Positions 27,353 through 35,239 of a stretch of 64,000 bases of DNA are shown piece after piece. This DNA is from Candidatus Vogelbacteria bacterium RIFOXYD1_FULL_46_19 (lineage in GTDB: Bacteria; Patescibacteriota; Minisyncoccia; Phycocordibacterales; XYD1-FULL-46-19): assembly GCA_001824825.1 (NCBI GenBank), contig MHTK01000002.1, forward strand, positions 6,020 to 70,019. Direction: 5' to 3'. Below the pieces are notes generated by a model. The model searched no databases. It was not told the origin of the DNA and saw only the letters and a list, made by a program, of their open reading frames with translations. Made by a program: the position numbers and the translations under genes. The number at the start of each line of letters is the position of its first letter. The first letter of the stretch is position 1.

Positions 27353-27475
27353 TGTGCGCACTAGGAAGTGCACTGCTGCACTTCCGTGAGGGACTCGAAA
27401 GGAGTTTCGTTATCAAGCACCTGCCAAAGGTGCCTTGATCGAAACTCACCAGCCCCCGTAGGGGGAGAGTCCCTC
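27353..27475. repeat. tRNA-Val 3'-flanking module: hairpin-interrupted inverted copy of the tRNA 3' end, hairpins, degenerate direct copy of the T-arm
   Basis: GTGCGCAC (27354-61) plus a 26-nt hairpin insert plus GAGGGACTCGAA (27388-99) is the reverse complement of the tRNA-Val 3' 22 nt, split at the acceptor/T-stem junction. GAGTCCCTC recurs at 27466-74. Confidence 0.6.
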
Positions 27476-27655
27476 GATTCCCAAAATCAAAAGCCCAAAG
27501 CTTTCGCTTCAGGACTTTTGATTTTACAGCAACGCTGAGAGACTCGAACCAAGTTTCCACGAAGCCTGATTTTTTACTCGAGTTATTTTGCTTGTCGCCT
27601 TCGCGATCCTTCTGGTGGACTGCATCACGCCGTAGGTTCGCAGTAGCGAACCTAC

Positions 27656-27825
27656 GGCGGAGGGGGCTAGATTCTAAACTTACAGTTTCAGTCCCCTTGT
27701 TGGATAAATTTTTCGTCCTTCGGACTTAAATTTATGCTCAACAAAGCTTCGAATCCCTCCTTCCGCTTTGCGAAACCGTCCTTCAGACGGCTTCCGCAAA
27801 AAAGCTTTCGGGTCTCGCTTTTTTG
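27656..27825. repeat. tRNA-Ser 3'-flanking module: degenerate direct copy of the tRNA 3' end plus trailer hairpin
   Basis: GGCGGAGGGGGCTAGATTCTAAACT (27656-80) matches TGCGGAGGGGGCGAGATTCGAACTCG of the gene (27824-49). There is a hairpin CGCAAAAAAGC...GCTTTTTTGCG at 27796-27830 and a perfect 12-bp hairpin at 27612-27643. Confidence 0.6.
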
Positions 27826-27912
27826 CGGAGGGGGCGAGATTCGAACTCGCGATGCCCTTGCGGACATGCTGGTTTTCAAGACCAGTGCTTTAAACCACTC
27901 AGCCACCCCTCC
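27826..27912 (-). tRNA. tRNA-Ser (TGA), long variable arm, CCA not encoded
   Basis: Acceptor GGAGGGG/CCCCTCC, anticodon stem CTGGT/ACCAG with loop CTTGAAA, an 18-nt variable arm and T-arm GCGAG-TTCGAAT-CTCGC. Confidence 0.8.
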
Positions 27913-27960
27913 AAACAACCAGCGATATTAACGCCGATTGAATTTAACTTATGCTTAAAC

Positions 27961-28284
27961 CTAAACCGAACTAGTAGTGTTGTGCTCGGCACTCACTGTC
28001 TCACTCGAAGAAACTTGAGCTGGCGTTGGTACTGACTGCTGCGTAGTCACTGGCCTGGCTGATGTTTTCCAACCACTAAAAAATTTGGCCACAAACACCA
28101 GGTAAATTATTTCTAAGATACCAGCGGTTTGTAAAATCAGCATGGCAATATACCAGCCCTTATCCCCGCGGCGCGCGGCTTGCCACAAAGCCAAACCCTT
28201 CCACACTGTGGACCACACAATTAAAACCAGTATCACCCCCCAAAAAAGCGAAGCAAAAACTAAAATGTCGTTGGGATTTTCCAT
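27961..28284 (-). CDS. Small membrane protein (two TM helices) with Ser/Thr-rich tail, hypothetical
   Basis: 107 aa hydrophobic ORF with coding-like composition. Confidence 0.45.
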   Translation of the reverse strand: MENPNDILVFASLFWGVILVLIVWSTVWKGLALWQAARRGDKGWYIAMLILQTAGILEIIYLVFVAKFFSGWKTSARPVTTQQSVPTPAQVSSSETVSAEHNTTSSV

Positions 28285-28380
28285 AACTAAATACTAGCAG
28301 TTTCCCTCAACAAATCAACAGCCTATTTTCAACTACCTCTCATACTAGATCAGCCAGAACTGATGCTATATACTGGTTTA

Positions 28381-28767
28381 ATGCGCTTACTTGGAATTGA
28401 TTATGGATCCAAAAAAATCGGCCTGGCCCTCTCCGACTCCACCGGACGCTTTGCCTCCCCGCTAGAGGTAATACCAAGCTCGCTGACCACCGCCGAAACT
28501 ATTGCCAAAATTTGTCAGCAAGAGGAAGTAACCAAAATCGTGATAGGCCACTCCTTAAATTATGCCAACGAGCCCAACTTGATTGTGGCTGATAGCGAGA
28601 AACTGGCCGAGAAACTACGAGTCTTAACCGGACTAGAAGTAATTTTTGAGCCAGAAGTCCTAACCACTCGCGAAGCCGAAAGAACAGTAGGAAAAGATGA
28701 GCTACTCGACGCTAGGGCGGCTGCTTTAATTTTAAAAAGTTATATTGATCGCCACCACCATGACTGA
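28381..28767 (+). CDS. ruvX: Holliday-junction resolvase-like RNase H-fold protein RuvX/YqgF
   Basis: LGIDYGSKKIGLALSD N-terminal motif. The start was moved to the internal Met (MRLLGIDYG). Confidence 0.8.
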   Translation: MRLLGIDYGSKKIGLALSDSTGRFASPLEVIPSSLTTAETIAKICQQEEVTKIVIGHSLNYANEPNLIVADSEKLAEKLRVLTGLEVIFEPEVLTTREAERTVGKDELLDARAAALILKSYIDRHHHD

Positions 28768-29356
28768 AAAATTAAATATTTATAAAGAAAAAATGCGCAG
28801 CTGGGCCAACAACCGCGCCGACCATAAACAGACCAGCTGGTGGCTGGCCCTTCTCTCTTTTTCCGAAAGCTCTTTTTTTCTAGTACCGCCAGATGTTTTT
28901 TTGATCGGGATTTTAATGACTAGTCGGCGTTTTGCCTACTACGCTTTTATTACTACTATTTCTTCCGTTTTAGGCGGGGCCTTTGGTTACTTGATCGGGA
29001 TATTCTTTTTTGACACCATCGGCCAAACTTTAGTCGACCTTTATGGCCTACAAGATGAAATGGCTAAAGTCGGACAGCTCTTTAACAATAACGCCCTTGT
29101 CGCTATTTTCCTGTCAGCTTTTACACCCATTCCCTACAAAATATTCACTATCTCGGCCGGCTTTTTCCATATTAACTTTATAATTTTTATGCTGGCCTCC
29201 CTCCTGGGCCGCGGTTTACGATTTTTCCTTGAAGCTTACGCGATGAAACTATGGGGTAAAACTGTAGGTAAAATGATTTACCACTACTTTAACTTATTTA
29301 CTTTCATTGTCGGGGCTTTGGTGGTTTTGGGTATTTTCTACTTTTACTACTTTTAA
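28760..29356 (+). CDS. DedA/YqaA (SNARE-associated, VTT domain) membrane protein
   Basis: Polytopic protein with VTT-domain-like motifs (FLVPPDVFLIGI...). The start was chosen at MTEKLN, overlapping the ruvX stop. Confidence 0.68.
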   Translation: MTEKLNIYKEKMRSWANNRADHKQTSWWLALLSFSESSFFLVPPDVFLIGILMTSRRFAYYAFITTISSVLGGAFGYLIGIFFFDTIGQTLVDLYGLQDEMAKVGQLFNNNALVAIFLSAFTPIPYKIFTISAGFFHINFIIFMLASLLGRGLRFFLEAYAMKLWGKTVGKMIYHYFNLFTFIVGALVVLGIFYFYYF

Positions 29357-29436
29357 CACTCACCACTCTACTGGCTACCGTTTTTAAATTTAGATATTGC
29401 AGTTGGTCAGCAAGTAAGGTATTTTAAGCGTATTCT

Positions 29437-29508
29437 GCCCTTGTAGTTCAATGGATAGAACAGCGGACTTCTAAGCCGTTAATGGGGGTTCGATTCCCTC
29501 CAGGGGCA
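29437..29508 (+). tRNA. tRNA-Arg (TCT) probable; one A·G mismatch at the loop-closing pair of the anticodon stem
   Basis: Acceptor GCCCTTG/CAGGGGC, D-arm GTTC-AATGGATA-GAAC, anticodon loop CTTCTAA and T-loop TTCGATT. CCA is not encoded. Confidence 0.65.
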
Positions 29509-29509
29509 C

Positions 29510-29553
29510 AAAATAAAATTTCACAGGATTATATTCCTGTGAAATTTTATTTT
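29510..29553 (+). terminator. Perfect 19-bp hairpin terminator after tRNA-Arg(TCT)
   Basis: AAAATAAAATTTCACAGGA-ttatat-TCCTGTGAAATTTTATTTT. Confidence 0.6.
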
Positions 29554-30100
29554 GTGCCCCTGAGCAAGCAAACTGCTTGGCTTGCGTGAGGGAATCGAAA
29601 GACTTTTCGTTACCAAGCACCTGATAAAGGTGACTTGGTCGAAAAGTACCTGCCCGCCATCGCTATGCTCAGGCATTGGCAGGCGGGCCAGCGAGTGTAG
29701 CTCGAGATTCCCTCTAGAACTTGGCGTCCGGGAATCGAAGAAGCTGAGCTTGTCGCAACGAGGCTGTAGGCCGAAGTGAGACGCGAAGCCTGTACTGTTC
29801 CTGCTGTGCCCGCTAGAGCTTTAGCGTAAGCGGGTAATGAAAGATTCCCGATGTGTGTAAAGGAACCGAAAGACTTTTCGCTGCCGAAACTTATCGCAGT
29901 GAGCGTAGCGAAACGAGATGTGAAGCCTGTACCGTTTAGGTTTTACTCTCCTTGGCTCGGAAATGAGAAATATTACTTTCTCATTTCACTCGCTCTACAT
30001 CAGCAATAAAAACGAAAGCCGCTTAGGGGTTAACCAAAGCGGCTGAATCACATTTGATGATATATAAACCAAGGTCGGACCTTGGGAAAGAAATTGGGGG
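29554..30100. repeat. Expanded tRNA-Arg(TCT) 3'-flanking repeat field (split inverted 3'-end copy, multiple T-arm fragments, repeated ~100-nt units, many hairpins), non-coding
   Basis: GTGCCCCTG (29554-62) plus a 25-nt hairpin plus GAGGGAATCGAA (29588-99) is the exact reverse complement of the tRNA 3' 21 nt, split at the acceptor/T junction. ATTCCCTC, GGGAATCGAA and GATTCCCGA fragments follow. There are two GAAGCCTGTAC(T/C)GTT-containing repeat units at 29780-29940. 710 bp contain no ORF longer than 65 aa. Confidence 0.55.
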
Positions 30101-30220
30101 CATTTGCTCTACATCCGCCGGTCCATCTGTTGCCAGATTTCGCTAACGGCCAAGGTGGGTCTCTTCCTGTTTCTAACGAAACAATCCGTAGCCACACTCA
30201 AGCAAATTTACACTCGCACA

Positions 30221-31396
30221 CTAACCTCGAACTTGCATTCTTTGGAATTCTCGCTTGAAGCCGTCATCAGGGTCGTCCACCTTGGATGAAGGTAGCTGAA
30301 TTACGGCCAGTTTGCCATTTCCGTCGGCTTTTTCTTCAATCCTCCTCTGCTCGCGCCGACGACGATTCCTTTCAAACTGTTGAGGTGATGCCGATTGCCA
30401 CACTCCTCGATCATCTTGGTAAACGACTTCTCCGTTCATTAGGGGATATTGATTACCCTCAGAGTCAGTATATACATGATCCTGCACCACAGTTTCCAAC
30501 TCTGCCAATTTTGCCATTTGTTCCTCCACCTCGACTTTCTTTGCTTCTAGTTCTTGGTGGAGGCGCAACTTTTCAGTTGCTATACGAGATGTTTCTTCTC
30601 TCCCTTCTCGCAGTTTTGAGTTAACATCCCGTAAGCGCTGGTGGGCAAGTTCTGTCACATGAACTCGGCTGAGTTTGGGTCGACCTGAGGACTGGTGATT
30701 CTCTGCTCCAAAGGAAGATTGCGCCGGTTCACGGCGCCACCAGGCCACCACTAGTAACGAAAGTACCAACAACAGCCAAACTAGGCCAGTGGTAAGATTT
30801 TGTTCAAACCAGCTTACCAGGCCGATCTTTTTTTGAACCGAAGCCGATTGTAGTTGCAACAGACTCAAGGCCTGCTCCAGTTTTCCATTAACTACTACCA
30901 TCTCCTCCTGGAGCTGTTGTATGTCGGCCATCCCTTTCGCGACAGCCGGAGTGAGTTTTTGAACCACACTAGCCGAGACTTGTTCAACCGACTCGTTACC
31001 AAGCGTAGTGCTCGTGGCATTTTGGAGACTCTCGATCATTTTCACAATCCGATCGAGTTTCTCAGGAATAACAGGGATGGGAGAAATCTCAACCTCGGCG
31101 GTAGGCACCGTGGCAACTACAAAGTCAGCTGGTACTGGCCGCTCGTACGTTCCTGCCAACATTTTGTAGAATGCCTTTTCGGCGTTCTTCATGTGATGCA
31201 GTTTAGCAAAAGCAACCTGGTACTCTTCGGGGTCTGGCCAAACCTCGCGAACAAGGTCATTGGCCTGATAATCTTGGATTACCCAGGGGCCTTGGCCCTG
31301 GACCATTTCAAACTCTCCGAGGCCAAGATCAGCCTCGGCGGTTACTGCTGTCGCCATGACCAGCAGCACCATTAGCATCCATGCGACGCGCTTCAT
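30221..31396 (-). CDS. Secreted/membrane-spanning coiled-coil protein, hypothetical (anomalously GC-rich)
   Basis: Signal peptide MKRVAWMLMVLLVMATAVTAEA (start chosen there), one central TM helix and a C-terminal charged coiled-coil. GC is about 50% against about 40% background. Confidence 0.5.
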   Translation of the reverse strand: MKRVAWMLMVLLVMATAVTAEADLGLGEFEMVQGQGPWVIQDYQANDLVREVWPDPEEYQVAFAKLHHMKNAEKAFYKMLAGTYERPVPADFVVATVPTAEVEISPIPVIPEKLDRIVKMIESLQNATSTTLGNESVEQVSASVVQKLTPAVAKGMADIQQLQEEMVVVNGKLEQALSLLQLQSASVQKKIGLVSWFEQNLTTGLVWLLLVLSLLVVAWWRREPAQSSFGAENHQSSGRPKLSRVHVTELAHQRLRDVNSKLREGREETSRIATEKLRLHQELEAKKVEVEEQMAKLAELETVVQDHVYTDSEGNQYPLMNGEVVYQDDRGVWQSASPQQFERNRRRREQRRIEEKADGNGKLAVIQLPSSKVDDPDDGFKREFQRMQVRG

Positions 31397-31575
31397 AGTA
31401 AGACACCTCCTTTCTATATCTTCCACCCAAAATCGATAATGTCTAAAACTACAGGTTTTAGACATAAGCTTCACATCATCTATGTGTAAAAGAACTCCGC
31501 TGTTACCAACGATTTCTACTTTAGAAACTTACATAAAATTAGAAATATGTCAATACCACACCAGACTACCCGTTA

Positions 31576-33015
31576 CTAGTCAAAGTCTAGGTTGTAGATC
31601 TCGCTAGTATAATCTCGGAGCTTATCCACGTCGCCCTTTAGAGCCTCCGAGCCCAGCACTACCACCCCCAGGCGCCTCTCCTCGCCATTTTCCGTCTTAA
31701 CCTTAAACATAAAGAGGCCAGTGTTCTGAGCCACATCGGTGAAACCGCTTTTGCCACCGATAAACCCGGGTTCCGTCTGAAAATTATTTTTATTACGGAG
31801 ACTAGCTAGTGCAAAAGACACTTGGCCAAAACTTGTGACCTTCCGACCCCGCGTAATATCTAAAAGCGGACGCCGATTATTCGCCAAATAGCGACCCAAG
31901 AGATAAAGATCCTGGGCCGACGATTGGTTGCCGTCCTCTAAACCGGACGGGTCACTATAAGTGGTCGAATTCATAAACAAATGTTTGGCCTTCTCATTCA
32001 TTAAAGTTAAAGTGTGGCCACGTCCTAAAAATTCACTCAAAACTTCCGCCGCATCATTGGACGACTCGGTTAGAAGTGGGTAAAACAACTCCACAATCCG
32101 GTAATTAACGCCAGCTAGGAGGCCACTGGTTTCCCCAAAACCTCGCTCTAACATAGTGTCGGTCACTAAAATATTTCGGCGCAAATCAATATGCTCAGCT
32201 ACCACCGTCGCGGTCATTAGTTTGGTAATCGAGGCTATCGGTCGGACAGTGGTGCTATCTTTATCAATTAATATTTCGCCAGAATCCAAATCAGCCACTA
32301 AGTAACTTTTAGCCGTTAGAGCCAAAGTGGGACGCGTCCGACTAGCTTTATATTTAAAATTATCGTCATAATCTAGGTCTACCACCAAAGCCGGTAAGCC
32401 CTTGGACACCTTGTTGAAAAAGGCTGGTGCGTCCGTATCGGATAATCTAATACAACCCCCGGAGACATCAGACACTATTTTCTCGCCACTAGCATAATAG
32501 GGCTCACCGTGGATGAAGTACTTGCCGTACAAGTGCACAGCCTGAGGCATATAAGCTTCGGCTGAAGCGGAAAAGGTGCGTTCGTTTTTATCCAATACTG
32601 AGTAAAGGCCGGCCGGTGTACCGCCCCAGCCCTGCGGATCACCGACCGCCATAATAGAAGTAGTGCCCACAGTGCCATTGGGACGAAAATGGTGAATTTG
32701 TTTGGTCGAAAAATTAACTTCAATAAACTCCACCCCCGATTCCAATAGTTCTTTTTTAGCCGTAGTAAAAGGACGAATAAAGCGTTCGGATGGTTCGGCA
32801 AAAATCGGGGCCATCGGTGCCGGCTGGTACTCAATATCCACAGCTGGAGTTGGGAAAGCGGTAGCCGCCAAACTCACCGAGGAAGAGACAGCCGTATAAT
32901 TTGAAACTTTAGCCACAATAGCCTCCGGCCCGTAATAAGCCACCGCTAAAGTCGCCGAGGCGGTAATTAAACTAACCAGTACAAAAAAGAGGGCCAGCCG
33001 TTCGAGGATTGTCAT
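31576..33015 (-). CDS. Fusion of L,D-transpeptidase (YkuD) domain and serine-type D-Ala-D-Ala carboxypeptidase (S11/PBP5-like) domain
   Basis: N-terminal TM anchor, then an Ldt catalytic motif (HG...SGGCIRL), then an SxxK motif (ASITKLMTA) and S11-like downstream motifs. Confidence 0.72.
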   Translation of the reverse strand: MTILERLALFFVLVSLITASATLAVAYYGPEAIVAKVSNYTAVSSSVSLAATAFPTPAVDIEYQPAPMAPIFAEPSERFIRPFTTAKKELLESGVEFIEVNFSTKQIHHFRPNGTVGTTSIMAVGDPQGWGGTPAGLYSVLDKNERTFSASAEAYMPQAVHLYGKYFIHGEPYYASGEKIVSDVSGGCIRLSDTDAPAFFNKVSKGLPALVVDLDYDDNFKYKASRTRPTLALTAKSYLVADLDSGEILIDKDSTTVRPIASITKLMTATVVAEHIDLRRNILVTDTMLERGFGETSGLLAGVNYRIVELFYPLLTESSNDAAEVLSEFLGRGHTLTLMNEKAKHLFMNSTTYSDPSGLEDGNQSSAQDLYLLGRYLANNRRPLLDITRGRKVTSFGQVSFALASLRNKNNFQTEPGFIGGKSGFTDVAQNTGLFMFKVKTENGEERRLGVVVLGSEALKGDVDKLRDYTSEIYNLDFD

Positions 33016-33169
33016 TTATTTAGAAAAAACCACTATCATATTTCCCATCATTATAATGCAAGTGTTTAATTATCTCAAAGTCATCCATTACCCGTGACAA
33101 AAAATTTTGGGCTAAAAAATGAACACTTTTTTATTGCGGTTGACCAGGGGCGTTGCTACAATGTAAATA

Positions 33170-33664
33170 ATGGAAGAGCAAAATTCATCACCAGAAAAAA
33201 GCACGAGCGGCCCCGCTACCGAGTGGCTAGATTACGAATACATTCACTACGAAAAAAGTTCTAATTGGTTTTGGATTGTGGGCTTGGCCGGACTCCTAGG
33301 CATCATTCTCTCAATCGTATTTAAGAACTTCCTCCTGGCCATCATTTTATTGATCGGCACTTTAACAGTCATGCTTTACGGGGCGCGGGTCCCAGAGCTG
33401 GTTCACTTTAGTATTACCAATCGAGGCATAAAAGCTAAAGATGACCTCTATCCATTCAAAGCCCTAAAATCCTTTTCCATTAAAGATGACGATTATCCCT
33501 TTAAACTAGTTATCGAATCCGATCGCTTGTTTATGCCCCACATTATCATCCCTTTAGGTGATGCAGAACCAGAAGAAATTAGAGCAATTTTAGCCAAATT
33601 CCTTCCAGAAGAGCCTTATGAAGAGTCTTTAATTGATATTTTAGCCGACAGTCTTGGGTTTTAA
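33170..33664 (+). CDS. Hypothetical membrane protein (two TM helices)
   Basis: 164 aa. It has a coding-like composition but no recognisable motif. Confidence 0.45.
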   Translation: MEEQNSSPEKSTSGPATEWLDYEYIHYEKSSNWFWIVGLAGLLGIILSIVFKNFLLAIILLIGTLTVMLYGARVPELVHFSITNRGIKAKDDLYPFKALKSFSIKDDDYPFKLVIESDRLFMPHIIIPLGDAEPEEIRAILAKFLPEEPYEESLIDILADSLGF

Positions 33665-33702
33665 CTTAAAATGTGCTAGTTTTTTAGGGCTGATTAAGAA
33701 AA

Positions 33703-33727
33703 ACGATTTGCTCTCATAGTTCAATGG
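33703..33727 (+). repeat. Duplicated 5' fragment of the downstream tRNA (pseudo-tRNA 5' half)
   Basis: TTGCTCTCATAGTTCAATGGA is identical to the first 19-21 nt of the tRNA at 33827, then diverges. Confidence 0.5.
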
Positions 33728-33826
33728 ACCCCAAGTCAGATAGCTCACCAGTTCGCAAACCTGACGGGGCGAGATGTAGGCCAACAAAAGTTTCGGTATA
33801 ATTAAGTATAGGGTGTTTAACATTTT

Positions 33827-33898
33827 GCTCTCATAGTTCAATGGATAGAACGCTAGCTTGCGGAGCTGGTAATCCAGGTTCGAATCCTGGTGAGAGCA
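33827..33898 (+). tRNA. tRNA with anticodon GCG as read (Arg, atypical G34)
   Basis: Acceptor GCTCTCA/TGAGAGC, D-arm GTTC-AATGGATA-GAAC, anticodon stem CTAGC/GCTGG with loop TTGCGGA, and T-arm CCAGG-TTCGAAT-CCTGG. Confidence 0.55.
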
Positions 33899-34072
33899 CA
33901 CGAATGAAATGGGTGGATCTGACCAGGATTCGAACTCGAAAGGGGTCGGGAAAACTGTAGTTTTCCCGTGGAGGAAGGCAGAGCGAAGCTCGTCGGAAAA
34001 CCGTCCGCGTGTCGCTGAAGCTTTAGCGGAGGCACAGGGTTTCCGAAAGGTGAGATTCCTGATGAGAGCACC
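33899..34072. repeat. tRNA-Arg(GCG) 3'-flanking module
   Basis: Inverted T-arm copy CCAGGATTCGAA (33923-34) is followed by CTCGAAAGG and then the hairpin GGGAAAACTGTAGTTTTCCC. A degenerate direct copy GAGATTCCTGATGAGAGCACC lies at 34052-72. Confidence 0.55.
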
Positions 34073-34197
34073 ACTCTATTCGTACAGTACCTAGACTAAA
34101 ATTTGGCGACGGCCAAATTTTGAGTCGAAAGAAAATCCTGGCAAGCCCCCCCTACCAGTAGCTAATTACCAACCTAGTAGGTAGCAAACAAAAAACC

Positions 34198-34227
34198 TGT
34201 CAGTGACAGGTTTTTTGTTGGAGTTTA
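34198..34227. terminator. Bidirectional terminator downstream of rpsT
   Basis: AAAAAACCTGTCA-g-TGACAGGTTTTTT. Confidence 0.65.
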
Positions 34228-34238
34228 AGTTTTTTAAT

Positions 34239-34514
34239 TTAGACGATCGCTTTAGCTTTCTTTATCATTTTAGCCAAACGTGACTTTTTGCGAGCGGCAG
34301 TATTTTTTTTGATTACTCCCCGCTTAGCCGCTTTGTCGATAGCTTGATAGGCAGCCGAGAGGCCCGCTTCGGCGCCGGCAACATCCTTATTAATAGTTAG
34401 TACTTTTTTAACAGATTTTACTTGTTCACGCATCGCTTTTTTGCGAGCATCGTTAAAAACTCGCTTGCGAGCACCTTTGCGCAATTCCTTTTTGGCTGAA
34501 GTCGTGATAGGCAT
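34239..34514 (-). CDS. rpsT: 30S ribosomal protein S20
   Basis: MPITTSAKKELRKGARKRVFNDARK... matches the S20 family. The start was moved to the internal Met. Confidence 0.85.
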   Translation of the reverse strand: MPITTSAKKELRKGARKRVFNDARKKAMREQVKSVKKVLTINKDVAGAEAGLSAAYQAIDKAAKRGVIKKNTAARKKSRLAKMIKKAKAIV

Positions 34515-34651
34515 AGACAGAACGATACCGCATCTTCCGTGAAAATGCAAGGGTGGCTTAGAACAATATTATTGATCTTTATTAAGACTAAAGGAGTATT
34601 TGGTGGTTTTACCGGTTTAGCGGTCGATTCGGAACATGCTATGATTACCTT

Positions 34652-35233
34652 ATGATTGGCTACTTAAAAGGAGATGTCACACATTTTGACGACAAAATTG
34701 CCATTATTTCGGTAAGCGGCGTGGGTTACTCCGTCTATTTACCGGTTCACGTCTTAGTCGTGCTCGCCCTCGGTCAGTCGCTAAGCCTGTGGACACATCT
34801 AGCGGTACGAGAAGATGCGTTGGAGCTTTTTGGATTTACTGATCGGGAGGAACTAACCTACTTTAAACTCTTGATCGGCATTTCTGGCATCGGCCCCAAA
34901 AGCGCCTTAGCTATTCTGTCTCTGGCTCCGCCGACCACCTTAAGACAAGCTATTTTAACCAATAATACAGAGTATCTGACCAAAGTGTCAGGTATTGGCC
35001 GCAAAAGTGCCGAAAAAATTATTATCGAACTACGCGATAAACTAGGGTCTTTAGCTGACGGTGAAATAGGCTTACTGGATGCTGACAGTGATGTAGCGGC
35101 CGCCCTTTTGTCGCTTGGCTATCAGCCGAAGGAAATTCGTGAGGCCCTCAAAAATATATCTAACGATATAACCTCAACTGATAAAAAAATAAAAGAGGCC
35201 TTACGCTGGCTAAGCAGTGGTCGCAAAAGTTAA
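34652..35233 (+). CDS. ruvA: Holliday junction branch-migration complex subunit RuvA
   Basis: MIGYLKGDV N-terminal motif, two HhH motifs (ISGIGPKSA, VSGIGRKSAEKI) and C-terminal domain III. Confidence 0.9.
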   Translation: MIGYLKGDVTHFDDKIAIISVSGVGYSVYLPVHVLVVLALGQSLSLWTHLAVREDALELFGFTDREELTYFKLLIGISGIGPKSALAILSLAPPTTLRQAILTNNTEYLTKVSGIGRKSAEKIIIELRDKLGSLADGEIGLLDADSDVAAALLSLGYQPKEIREALKNISNDITSTDKKIKEALRWLSSGRKS

Positions 35234-35239
35234 TTCACT

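Noticed and set aside
27688-28035. ORFs 27688..27918(-), 27734..27931(+) and 27823..28035(+)
   Set aside because: They overlap tRNA-Ser and the tRNA-derived repeat field and have no coding-like composition.
24299-30100. CRISPR array interpretation of the repeated tRNA-fragment sequences
   Set aside because: The repeats are irregular in length, spacing and orientation and derive from adjacent tRNA 3' ends. There are no regularly spaced direct repeats and no cas genes.
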